NCBI GenBank assembly: GCA_051362555.1
Contig: CM120640.1
Span: 56,646,788-56,710,787 of the forward strand
Source: Lingula anatina
Taxonomy: Eukaryota > Animalia > Brachiopoda
Direction: 5' to 3'
DNA: 64,000 nt
Below, piece after piece: positions 1-11,600 of the stretch. The number at the start of each line of letters is the position of its first letter. Position 1 is the first letter of the stretch. Both the position numbers and the translations under genes were made by a program. The notes under the pieces were generated by a model. The model ran no database searches and had not been told where the DNA came from. It saw only the letters and a program-made list of their open reading frames with translations.

Positions 1-378
1 AAAAGCCAGCTGTAAGGAATTACACTAGTATCAAGTCTTATTATTTATTAATTAAACAGTTTTATTATGCATTGATTTAATGCCAATTTCTGTTTGTTAA
101 ACTGATACGCCTTTGGACATGAAAATTTGTCATAGTTAAATTCAAAGATAATGAAATGATAAAAAATGCAAGCACATCAAAACTGGCTTAAGACATGCAT
201 AAACAATTACTCTAAATTGTAACCAAAAATACATAATGCTGCATTATGTAAGATCATCTGCTAATGAACATACTATTTATAAAACTTACTACACACACAC
301 ACATTCCTTCTACTCTCACATCCAGACTTGGCTCTTCTCACCCATATGTTTATGTTTGTATGTCATAACTTGCTGAAC

Positions 379-3300
379 CTATATTAATGTTGACTTTTTT
401 ATGAGCACCCTACTGCCCAATTCATAATGTCCCTTCTTGTGTGATTTGCGTTCTTTTCTTCGTCTTTCTTTGTTGTGAACTGAATGTTCATGTCTATCCC
501 TGTTTGCATCATTGTCCAAGTGTCCATGTTTGTCCTTGTCCAAATATCCATTTCTATCCCTGCCTTTGTCCAAATATCTATTTCTATCCCTGTCTTTGTC
601 CAAATGCCTGTTATTATCTGTGTCGGTGTTGCTATGCTTGATCTTATCCCCTGCTGTGTGACTACGTCTGTGCCGCCATTTGTCAAATGATCCAGGTGAC
701 AGTTGGACAGCCATCGGTTGTCTGGACCCGGGCGTCATCAGTACTGTTTGCTGAAAATGACAATGAAAAAACAATTCATAAAATATGCAATGTATTGGAC
801 ATCTCAAACCTGTAAATGTGAACTGTTAACACTGGTTTAACAAGGAAGTAAAATAAAATTCCAAAATAAAAAAATGATAGCAATTTAGTTGGTGACCAAC
901 AATGATTCTCAGGACAGAAATTATGTGTTAGTTAATGATAACAGTACACTGAAGTATTAGAGCAAATACCAACTACTGGTGAAAGGCTTTTAATAGAATT
1001 ATTAGAATATTAAAATATTCTCATTCTCTATTAAATTAAGGATTTCTGTTGATTGCAATTAAAGAACAAGTTGTTAAAATACGATAACTTTGCACATAAT
1101 TTTTACAAATTCAAGCAGACAGTGATGAAAATAAACAAAGGCCCTTTAGTTATAGGCAACTATATTAGGAAAAAATGAATCAATGAACATGCTTTGCATG
1201 TATAAACTGTAAATGATATAAATGGGAAATAAGCAGGTTAATGAGGACCCTTTTCCTATCCACATGCCCTGAAGTAAAAAGCAACAATATAATAGATAAA
1301 GTGTTATGGGCATAACAGTAAATAACAGTGCATTTAAACAGTAAAGAGTGAATTATCAGCAGGGGTACTGCCAAACTGCTACAGCTGTCACCAGCATAGT
1401 GTCATACAATGCTGGTGACAGCTGACACAGTAGGTGGCTGGGTCACAATATGCTTATGCTGTGAGCTCTTTCCAAACATGCAACTCCCCCATGCAAAGCA
1501 GCTGGAGATGAAATACCTGCCAAATTCCACTCATCAAGAAGTGGAGCACTGCTGGTCCTGCTTCGTTTACGTATTGGCTGAAAGGGTCAGAACACAAGGT
1601 TGAATTGTACAGCAGCAACATATCAAAGCGAAAAAAAAAAAAAAATAGCCAGGGCTGTAGATATTCTTAAAGCATGAAAAGCAGGCTAAAACAAGAGTTC
1701 ATGAGCCCATCCCTGAAGTATTTTAGTCATCATTACCTGTGTCTGTCTGGAAATCTTCTTGGAAGATCTAGTCAGGGGTGACACAAAGTGTGATAGCTGT
1801 TCTTTCTGAGGAGTACTAGGACTGTGGCGCTTTCTAGGAGGGTATTCACTGGTGCTAGGAGAGTGAAAAAGGTTCATATTTGAATGTTTAAGAAACAGGC
1901 ATAATATAGCATGCATTGAACGATCAAACTTTTCTTTCCACTTGATAATAAAATATATTATTAAGACAACAGCTAAAACAATGTACAGCATCTTACTACA
2001 ACTCCCAGTTTTTTCCCCCATTATATAACAAAGATTGTAAAGGATATGTAGGACTTTTTCTTGAAGATATTTCCTTTCACTTTCAACATCATCTCACCTG
2101 CTGCATAATCCTGCTGCCTGGTCAGATGGAGTATTGGTGATATTGGTCAGGTTGGTCTTGCTGTTTCTACGTTTTCTAGGTAAGTGTGAGCCGTCCACCT
2201 CTTCCTTCAGGTCAACCACATGTACTGCTGGACTAGATGACTGAAACCGTATAAAAACAACTTAAATGCATGTTTATTCAGTTTTCTGCCTACAGAATTG
2301 GATCTGATGCATGCAGATAGTTGAAGAACTGAAAGCTGAAAGAGAATTAAGGCAGATAAAGAGCAAATAAGCAACCAAAAGCATTTTATACCCCAAGATA
2401 AAAAGGGAGTTCAAGTCACAAGTTTCATAAATACAAAGTCAACATTCAATTTTTTATAGTAAATTTAGTGAGAAATGCTGTCATCACCAAAATAAGTTTG
2501 ATTTATTTTAAAACACTTTAACCAGGTATGTAACATGCAAAAAGGAAGACGGACTGTCAAGGTGATTCATAAAGTAAAGAAGGTGATTTCATCTACTGGT
2601 AATTTGTAGTTAGTCAGAGGAATAACTCTCCAGATTAACATTTCCATGCAACTATTGTAATTGTATTTTTTAATCTAGGTCAAAAGCTACAACATTACAA
2701 TAATTTCAGTAATTTGGCTTTATGAAAGGATTCAACTTGAAGACTACAGTAAAAGATTAGGGTAAGAATCAACAGAAACTAGGTACACATGAGGCTTGAC
2801 ATTTGTTAAGTCAGGGTAAATTAGAAACAAGACTTCAGAAATGCAGGGTTGTAAGGAATAAGTAAATTTGAGCATAGTGCCCTAATAGTAGTTGTTGTGC
2901 AACTTGGGTGAAACTAGGGTCAAAATCTACATCTTCATTGTTTACACTTACTCCTTTAGCATGCTGCTTTACAGCAAGTGTTAGCTCCTCATTGAACAGC
3001 TTCATCACCGGTGTGTTTGGTGAATTAATTGGAGTGACACTAACTCTGGGCACTATTGTTCTAGGTGGAGTCTGGTTCAGATAGAGAAATGAAAGCAGAA
3101 AGCCTTTTGCTAAAGGTTTTAACAGTTTTGTTGCTCAAATCAGTCACAAAAACATTTTGAGGAAACTAAAAGTTAAGGAAATGTCTGAAATCTGCCAATA
3201 AACCACATGTTAAGCATAATAAAACTGACAATAATAATTTTAGAGTTTTGAATTGGTTATGGTTTAAACATAAATGTCACTGTGAAATATTAATGAACTA

Positions 3301-6300
3301 CACTGCTAGAAATTGCCAGTCCACCATTTCTAGCCTTTTTATAAATATTAAATTTGACTCCACAACCCAAGTGTAAAATTACTGCTGTATTAAACGGTGA
3401 AATTTTATCAACCTCTGAGCAGACAAAGTTGTAAGATTGCTTCCTTTGCCTTTAACACTTACCTCTAGAACAGGGTATGTGACTGGGTTGCTTGTTTCTC
3501 TAGGGAGACTGAGAGCACCACTGTTGAAATGTGTGTCATGGCTGGAACCACGTCTCTTGTGCATCTTCAGCAGGTGTTTCTGAAGACATAAAAATCACAC
3601 AAAGTATTTAAAAAATATGCACATAACACAGTTTATAAGAAAAATAACTGGCACTAGGAATACATGTTAATTTTCTCAAAACTTTATGAAATACAGAACA
3701 CACATTTACAGCACAATAATCAAAAATTTATAAGCATTTTTTTGTTAAAAATATCAATTAAATTTTTTAACCTATAATAATATCAAAAACATAGAGCGAT
3801 GAACAACTGTACAAAGTCTTCCCTGTTGGTAATAGAAATAAATGCTGAAACTAAAAACAAACAATTGATATTAGCAGTTTCAAACAGTAAAAGTGCAAAT
3901 GAAGAGGGAATTTAAGCATAACCATAACATGAATAACTTAGGGTGTTAGGTAGGCAGCAAAAGATTGTTAGCCCACCACTTACATAATCTGCAGTGCTAG
4001 AGGGTGTGGCAACTAGAGATTTCTTTATGCTCTGCAATACTGGACCTTTAGCTTTAACAGCACCCTGTGACTGGAAAGTGAGTGGCAGCCAAGGTGTTAA
4101 CAAGAATATGTGATAATGTTTCATAGGGATGTTATTGAGGCTAAAGACCATATAAAAGTCTTGCTGGATATGAAATCCAAGCTAAAACCTAACTAATTGT
4201 GAAAACAGCTGTGTATATCAAAAGAGCTACCACGATAATACAAAATGAGACAAGAGAAAGCCAGTAAGCCCACAACCTCCCATTACAAAACAATGACAAT
4301 AAGGCCTACAAAATGAATGCTGTAAGTGTCCCTACAATTGTTATTAAATCGCATCAGTTATAAAGATTGTGTAAAATTTTCCAGGATAATATATCTCTAT
4401 GAAAGATTCCCCTATGTGCCTCTAAGTCTTACTTTTTTGTACCTGCCCTGCATGAGCATAGCTTCTGGGGTAAAAGATCTACTATGCTGTCCAGATTCAT
4501 CAGAACTCACAAGACTGAGAAGATTATCTGTAGAAGCCCTCAGCTTCTTTGAGGCATACATGAAAGTGTCCTACATGCAAATGGAACATCCAAAAATTCA
4601 GAACATGCTTCATGCAAATTATACAAAATTAATAATAAATTTCAAAGATTGAGACTTGTTCTGTAGAAGTAAAAAAAGATACTTGAGAAAAGAGGGGGGA
4701 CATGGAGAAAAATACCAATAAATAATTAAATTGTCAACATACACACCTTTATTGACTGTCCTACTGACTTACTTCTCCTGTGCTTGTTCTCGTCATGTGG
4801 GGTTCCCATTCCATTGGCTTTGTTAAACTGAAACCAACAGAAAACATGCCTGTCTAGTGAGCAACATCACTGATGGAAGGATAAAATAACATACACACAG
4901 ATACTGTTAAATGAGATGCTTTTTATATGAATCAATAGATAAATCAAGATTATAGTGATGGGGAAACATATTGGGGCAAACCCCATTGATTGTACCTGCT
5001 TTAGTAGCTTTCTTTTCTTGGTAGAGTCTGGCATATTCTGCACATGAGCATATAACTGTGCCAGCGCCACCTCGGTGTCTGAAGCTGCACCAAGTTCCTT
5101 TGATTTAACTCTGTCCACATATGTAACTGTTGTCTTCACAGCATCATCACTGTCTGGAGATGTCTAGTTAACAATTAATATAATTGACTTAATAACTAAA
5201 TAAATGTATAAGCTACTAGGGATAAGATATCTTTATATCAAAACAAATACTTTTCTAGATACTTCTGCCTTTTTGATCAAAGAAATGCTTTTGTTTCCCT
5301 TCTGGAACGATTATTATATCAAGCAAATATGGAACTAATACATTAGTCTGTACAAAAGCACAATTCACCCTTCTGTGATCCAGATCATCCTCACTGTCCT
5401 GCCCCAATCTCTGCCTTTCCCTATAGTATATGTCAATGTCATGAACCAAATCTTTAGGCACCTGCACAGAAAGACAAAATTAATACATAATATTGTATAC
5501 GTTTTCTTTTTTTTTTTTTCAAGCACTGAATTTTAATTCTGATTTTCTGATTTATAAATTTACTATAACTGGATTACAAGAACAAATTTGGAAAACGTGT
5601 TTGAAAAACTGTTTATCAGTCTTACCATGAATAATTGTGGGGAGTGCTGAATCATAAAAGAAACTGTATTGGACAAATTCTGTGCTGCCTGTTGGAGCCC
5701 AATGCCAGTCATCTAAAGAGAAATTAAAATCATTCAAAGTGTTTATCTGATCATGAAAGGACTTCCAACTCTTTTCATCTGTTTGATTGTTGTAAAAATC
5801 AGAAGAAAAAACTTTTGAATTAGTAAATCTTTTCCTTAGAGACAGAAAAGTTACTGAATTTACCATAAAACATCTGAAAACAGTACCCTATTACATCAAT
5901 GTTCCCAGAGTGTAGTCTTAATATTTCCAAGAGTTGGAAGAACTCGTGTCAGGAGAGAATATATTATATGGAATTTAAACCTTAGAACACACTCAACATC
6001 AAATGGCCCATACCTTCTTAGGACAGAGCAAGTGTGGGGCAAACATTGCACCTAAATTCTCAGCAGTCATTTTGTTCTCCTCCACACTGGCCACCTGGTG
6101 CAGCATGGTTAGCAGCTTCCTCAGCAGAGTGGCATTCTCTACTGGCAGCAGAAGGAACAGCAGCTGTACTGTCTTGATCTGTTTGGGAACCACTATGTTA
6201 TCAATTGTGACCTGGTCCATGCCCTCACGGATCATGTCTGGAAGGTGACTAGACTTACAACCCAAAGAGCAGAAACAGCATTTAAAAATAGCAAACCAGC

Positions 6301-7443
6301 CAGCAAAAATGTGGCTTTATTGTATTATGAAATACGTTAAATATACATTTAACTTCTTTCAAGTACAACATAATGCTTTCACAAAGTTGTTTCTCTAATT
6401 CCAATAATTAGGAATTCTACACAATTTTAACCTCAATATACCATTACAAATTTTGAACAAATGATTTGTAGAACAACCTGGCACTTGGCAATATGCAGCA
6501 TATAATCTCTCCATGAGTAAAGGTTCTGGTAACTCTCCCAGGAACCACTTTAGAACACAGGCACAGTCATGTGCATTGTAAGGACTGCTGTCCAAGTCAA
6601 GGGTGCAGCCTTGGGTCAACTTTTCTTTCAGTTCTTTCTGTCTTGTACAGTTTCCTGCTTTCCTGAATATTCCCTCAAGGGCTATATCTGGAATTTATTT
6701 ACAAATAATGTATCTTTTAAAACTGCATCATAGAGTTAATTTGAAAAAAAAAAATTGTTTTAGATAACATGCAGCTTATTATCACTGTCCAATACATTTA
6801 TAGTTTTCATGCTAATGTTTGTATCAATAAACATTTTTATTTCTACTAGTAATACAAAAGGAAACAAGAAATTGCACTCACTGTCAGGTTCAGAAATAAA
6901 ATCAATTAGTTCAATAATACCAGAGTTGCAGGATGAAAGATCTGTGTAGCTTGAACTGCTACCAGTTTTATCTAAAAATATATATACATATACAAAAATA
7001 TCAAAATATTTGTGAAGAATGACCTTACTACTGTTAACAATTAAATTATTAGTTGATGCATCTAAAATGATGTAATTTATAGTTTTCCATGAAAAGAAGT
7101 ATACAATATACATTTCACACTTTTTCTTTTTACTTAACCTCTGTTAAAATTATACTGACAGTCTGTTAGTTGATGGCAACTAAAATGATGTCCTTTAAAA
7201 GTTTTCCATGATAAGAAAATACAATAAACATTTCATACTTTTTCTTTTCAGGAAAGGCGTATGACCTTTCTTAATCTTGTTCTCTTCAGATTTTTCAAAT
7301 AAATCGTCCAAAGTGGGCATATCAACCATGAATGAGAGGTGCATCTTGATGAGGGCATTGAACTGGTCCGTGTCTTCCGTTTTCAGCTGGTGGACGAGAG
7401 CCTCGGCATCCAGCTCGCGCCTCTTTAAGCTCGATTTTGACAT
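379..7443 (-). CDS. ARHGAP19: Rho GTPase-activating protein 19-like, 15 predicted coding exons
   Basis: Phase-consistent GT-AG exons: 7239-7443, 6882-6971, 6478-6687, 6014-6237, 5626-5712, 5369-5461, 4996-5163, 4747-4827, 4433-4570, 3984-4064, 3463-3579, 2952-3071, 2098-2240, 1737-1854, 379-750. RhoGAP motifs: EGIFRKAG (arginine finger), VLKWFLGELPEPLL, NKMTAENLGAMFAPHLLCP. ARHGAP19-type motifs: LIKMHLSF and TEVALAQLYAHVQNMPDSTKKRKLLKQF. A probable 5'UTR exon ends near 7730. Confidence 0.88.
490..612 (-). repeat. ~30-bp coding tandem repeat (RHLDKDRDRN-type, 3-4 copies) in the last ARHGAP19 exon
   Basis: Units such as tgtccaaatatccatttctatccctgcctt and tgtccaaatatctatttctatccctgtctt. They translate as RHLDKDRDRN, RYLDKGRDRN, GYLDKDKH, GHLDNDANRDRH. 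Confidence 0.8.
7052..7248. repeat. Diverged ~80-bp local duplication covering an ARHGAP19 splice donor
   Basis: 7052-7130 (gttgatgcatctaaaatgatg...catttcacactttttctttt) matches 7169-7248 (gttgatggcaactaaaatgatg...catttcatactttttctttt). Confidence 0.75.
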
Positions 7444-7764
7444 GGTTAATGCTACTACTGAGAAAGAAAAATATTTAAAAAAATATATTTACCAAAAAGG
7501 TAAAAACACTTACCGTGCCCAAGAGATAATGACAATAAATGGAACATTTTTTTAATTTTATTTCAAACTGAATTTTAAACAAGGTGAAGGCAGTTGCGGA
7601 ACAAAATCTATATTGAACTTGATCAAGGACCAGTCGTCAATCTACCAAAAAGGTCATGTAACAGAGTAAATCAAACTTGCCAATTAAGACTGTGCACAAC
7701 TATTATTTAGTTTTTCAATTGTAATTCACCTACCAGGTCATATCACTGCATTTTGCTTATTTGC

Positions 7765-7870
7765 AGCCTTCAAATATGGCGCTTGTTTGATTCGTTTGCT
7801 AGGCTATCATTGGACAATGGTTTTGTAAACTGCCGGCCCATTGGGCAAAAGATTAGACTCGATTTGAAAT
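7765..7870. promoter_or_regulatory. Candidate bidirectional promoter with two outward-facing CHR motifs and two CCAAT boxes
   Basis: TTTGAA on the - strand at 7774-7769, preceded by AGCGC and a 4-nt spacer (CDE/CHR-like, overlapping a YY1-like AATATGGCG). ATTGG at 7809-7813 and 7840-7844. TTTGAA on the + strand at 7863-7868. Divergent first-exon donors lie near 7730 (-) and 7944 (+). Confidence 0.6.
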
Positions 7871-8130
7871 TAGGTCATTACGGCATGGCTATGTGATTGA
7901 CACACTTGCAAGGTGACAGGTAACTTTGCCGGCAAGCAAAGCGGTAAGTCGTTAATGCATAGATCGATGAATGTCGTATTTGTGTGTAGCTAAATCAAGC
8001 AATTTACTGGTATATGTGTATTTTTGTAAATGAGGTAAATGTAGCAGCACCATCGACCCGAAGACTACTTCACCACATAGTAACATTTTTTACAACACAT
8101 GTGTTACTAAAGTACTGTAGTGTAGCACAT

Positions 8131-8162
8131 GTAGTAGTAGTAGTAGTAGTAGTTGTAGTAGT
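8131..8162. repeat. (GTA)n microsatellite
   Basis: gtagtagtag... run. Confidence 0.9.
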
Positions 8163-8627
8163 TATTTATAGAAATGCTTCTAGGCAGGATAGACTCTCCG
8201 GCATAAACAAATGTATGCCTGTGTGTTTACTGTTTTTATTACTTGAACCAAAATTGGCACTATAACAGCAGAGAAAGGGAGAGTTTATACTATTATAAAA
8301 ACTTCAGCTATGGTACCGAATTACAGCAATGCAGTAGTACCAACATCATTGAAATGTTTATAAATATTAGTAATATGAAATACCATATTTTGTTGTAAAA
8401 CTGGGTGGCACTTTTCTTACACAGTGCATGCATTACAGCTGTAACTTTGATAATTTATTCTTAATTAATTTGGTTGAAACAAAGGACTCAAGATAACTTT
8501 ATTGTCAGTAACTTAAAGCAAATAACAGATGAAAATTTTCATCATTTCTGTTCTCTGTATTTCCCAGTCAGCGACTTGCATTCAAGTTAAATTTAGAGAT
8601 TTGAGGATAATTTGACTTTATTTGAAG

Positions 8628-11600
8628 ATGTCGTCCCAGTGTTCATTTCGTCAGACTGATGAGAAACATGTGACAACAGAAGTGGAACTAATGGAATGGT
8701 CTCCAAAAATGGACCTTTTGGCAGTGGCAAATATCCAGGGAGAGGTATGGCATTCACCCTGAATTGTAATGTTGTCTGCTTTTTGTAATCACTGTTTAAT
8801 TTTATTGTTATTCACATTCCAAGGATGTCATAAAATCCTTATGTCATACTTGTATCATATTTTGTAGACATGATAAAAGAATATATGAAAAAAAACTTTC
8901 AAAGGTTTTTTTTTAACATGCAGAGTAGAAATGCCTACAACTTCTCTCCAATAATTAATGCACCGTTTGCACGTGTCATTAGTCCAGATTATGTTTTTTT
9001 TTTTTTATTATTATTATTTCAGGTTTTGTTACACAGGCTATCATGGCAGAGGGTATGGAGCCTGCCACCTCCCACTGAGAACAGCAAAGTTAAAGCAATA
9101 GCATGGAGGACTGATGGAAAAGGTTTACTCCTTTATTTTTTTCTTCTTTTTGTGCTGAAAGAAATTCTGTTATCCTGGGTATTCTTAATGATAGTTGTAT
9201 TTTTTTCATTCAGTCTGTCTCAAAAAAGATTTGAAAACTTTTATTACTTGACCTCCGATTTAATTAAAAGTGTAGTAATGAAAAAATATAATACAATAAG
9301 AATATATAGACACTCAAAGGATTATGAAGGATTGTTGAAAATTGCGACAATGAAAGTATAGAATTTTTAAAATTACACTGCTGTCAAAAATGATTTATGA
9401 TTTATGATTGACACAAAGGTGCTAACTTTTGTTTAGACAAACATAGTATTTGAAAAAGGGACAACTGTCATCGTACATGTATGAATTATTCAAGTTTTTT
9501 TTCAATCTTTATTCAATTATCTTTTTAAAAAAGCATAGCAATAAAATCTGGCAATTTAAGTAAAATGCCACTTGTCCAATAACATTAGTTACAAGTTTTA
9601 GTCTCTCTTCAGTGTTAGCAGTTGGTTACATCAGTGGTGAGGTCCTGCTGTGTAATGTTGAGAACGCAGCCATCTTGCACACCCTTCATGTCCAGGGTGA
9701 GGTGTGCAGCATGCAGTGGATGTGTGACAGCATGGCACCAGCTGCAGGAAAGAAGTGCTATAAAGACAGATCTGCAGAATACCTACCAAAGATACCTACA
9801 CTTAGCAAAAGGTATTTCAAAAATCTTTTGTGACTTTTGATTAGTGTTTTTGTTTAGTAGGAAAATATGTTTTGTTTTTATTTGTTTCTTTTGTAACAAT
9901 TGTTGTAAAAGAAAACAATGAAACAATAATAAAAAAAAAATATTTTTAACATGTAGGTAAGAATGATTAGTTCTTCAGAAAAAAAACATAAGTCCAGGGA
10001 ACATAAACATCACAGAATTAACATACTATATTTTCAGTTATGGATCCCTAAGCAAAGGACACAGGTAATTACAAATGTGCATAACAAAAGTATAAATATT
10101 TGTTTAAAAGTTTAATAAAAATAAAGCAGAAGCTTATCTTGTAGTTATGTAGCAGTGGTATTATTTTGAGTAATTACATGCATACAAATTTGAATCTGTC
10201 TACGGATCTGCACCTACTTTTTTATATTGTTCAGCCACCTGGTGCATTGTTTTTTTTTTTCTCTCTCTTTTTAAGGTGGGGTGCAATATTTTTCATACGT
10301 TTTGTCTTGCACTTAGATGCTCAATTGATTAAGTGAAAAAATAGATTAAAAACAAAGTAAAAGACTAGAGATGATTAACTTTTCAAATCATTTTCTAAAA
10401 AGGTAGCAAAAGTATAACATATCGCCTAAGTTTTCTTTTTCTTCTATATAGCGAGGAAAATGTTGAAGATATGAAAAAATTAGCAGATCAAATTGGGTAT
10501 GTTCATTCATATATGTGTATTTTTTAATCATTATACATGATTACTTCTAATGGTATATCACAAGCATTTATATGTGTTGTTCATAGGCACTGTGATAGCT
10601 ATGATGTAATGCTGTTCATATGTACAATATATTGAGCCATTTGTAGTTATCATGATTTTCAATTGTTTATTGACATGTAACATTGACTGCCTATCTGATA
10701 TTTGTCAGTTGTACTTTAATAGAATTATACCTATAAATTTAGAAAAAAATATTGTCAAGTAAAATGCATCAGTCTGCTTTATGATGTATTTGCCTGAAAA
10801 GAAAAATGAAACTGACAATGATATCTTTCAGATTAAATATCCTTCTAATTGGAAACAATGACAGTATTGTAGAACTATTTGCCTATGGCATATTCCCAGT
10901 TGGAGCAGTAAATCTCAAACAGCACAAGAATACAAAGGTAATGGTGGCAAATAATAAAACACTGCATTTTGGTATTGTAGGCAAGTTCTTTTTAAGTGCA
11001 AAAGAGTTTTGGATGTTCAGGAAGAATTGAGAAAGATATTTTCTGTATTTTTTTTTAATTTTTATTTATTTATTATTATTATTTTTATTATTATTATTTT
11101 TTTTTTTTGCATTGCTGTGTTCCTACTTCTGAAGTGACCACAGAAAAATTACACAACAAAGGACTAAAATATATAATATAATAAAAATGTGATGTGGTCT
11201 TGTGATGTGATGTTATTTAAGCAAGCAGGATTGTAAATGGTTATGTTTCTGCTATGATACAGGCAGGCAGGATCATATCACTAAGTCTGTCTGAGGATCT
11301 GCACTTATTGTCCTTGATTGTACAGTCACCAAAGATGGAAGATCAACAAGACCAGGATGTTTATCTTCTGTCTGTGAGTCACCATATATCATTATGGTAT
11401 AATTTTAGCCATTGGAGAGAACATTGTGCTTTATTATTTTGATATAAAAGGACAGGAGTCTAACTGATGTTTTTGTGATCTCACTACTTACACAATCTTC
11501 AACATACCATTTTGAATTGCATCAGGTTTCTTAATTGTTAAAGCTATTTTTTAAAAATTTCATTGCAAAATAAAAATGTTTTGTTTCGGATTTAATTCTT

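Noticed and set aside
441-690. Cys-rich and hydrophobic repeat ORFs on the + strand, plus the 399-686 ORF
   Set aside because: These are shadow frames of the tandem repeat in the last ARHGAP19 exon.
1872-2047. Apparent U12 AT-AC intron in ARHGAP19 (ATATCCTTT donor, TTTCTTAAAC branch-like site, AC)
   Set aside because: Reading to that donor crosses an in-frame TGA. The GT-AG intron 2097-1855 keeps the frame.
7121-7140. Possible microexon created by the duplicated donor
   Set aside because: It is 20 nt (or 18 nt) long and introduces an in-frame stop either way.
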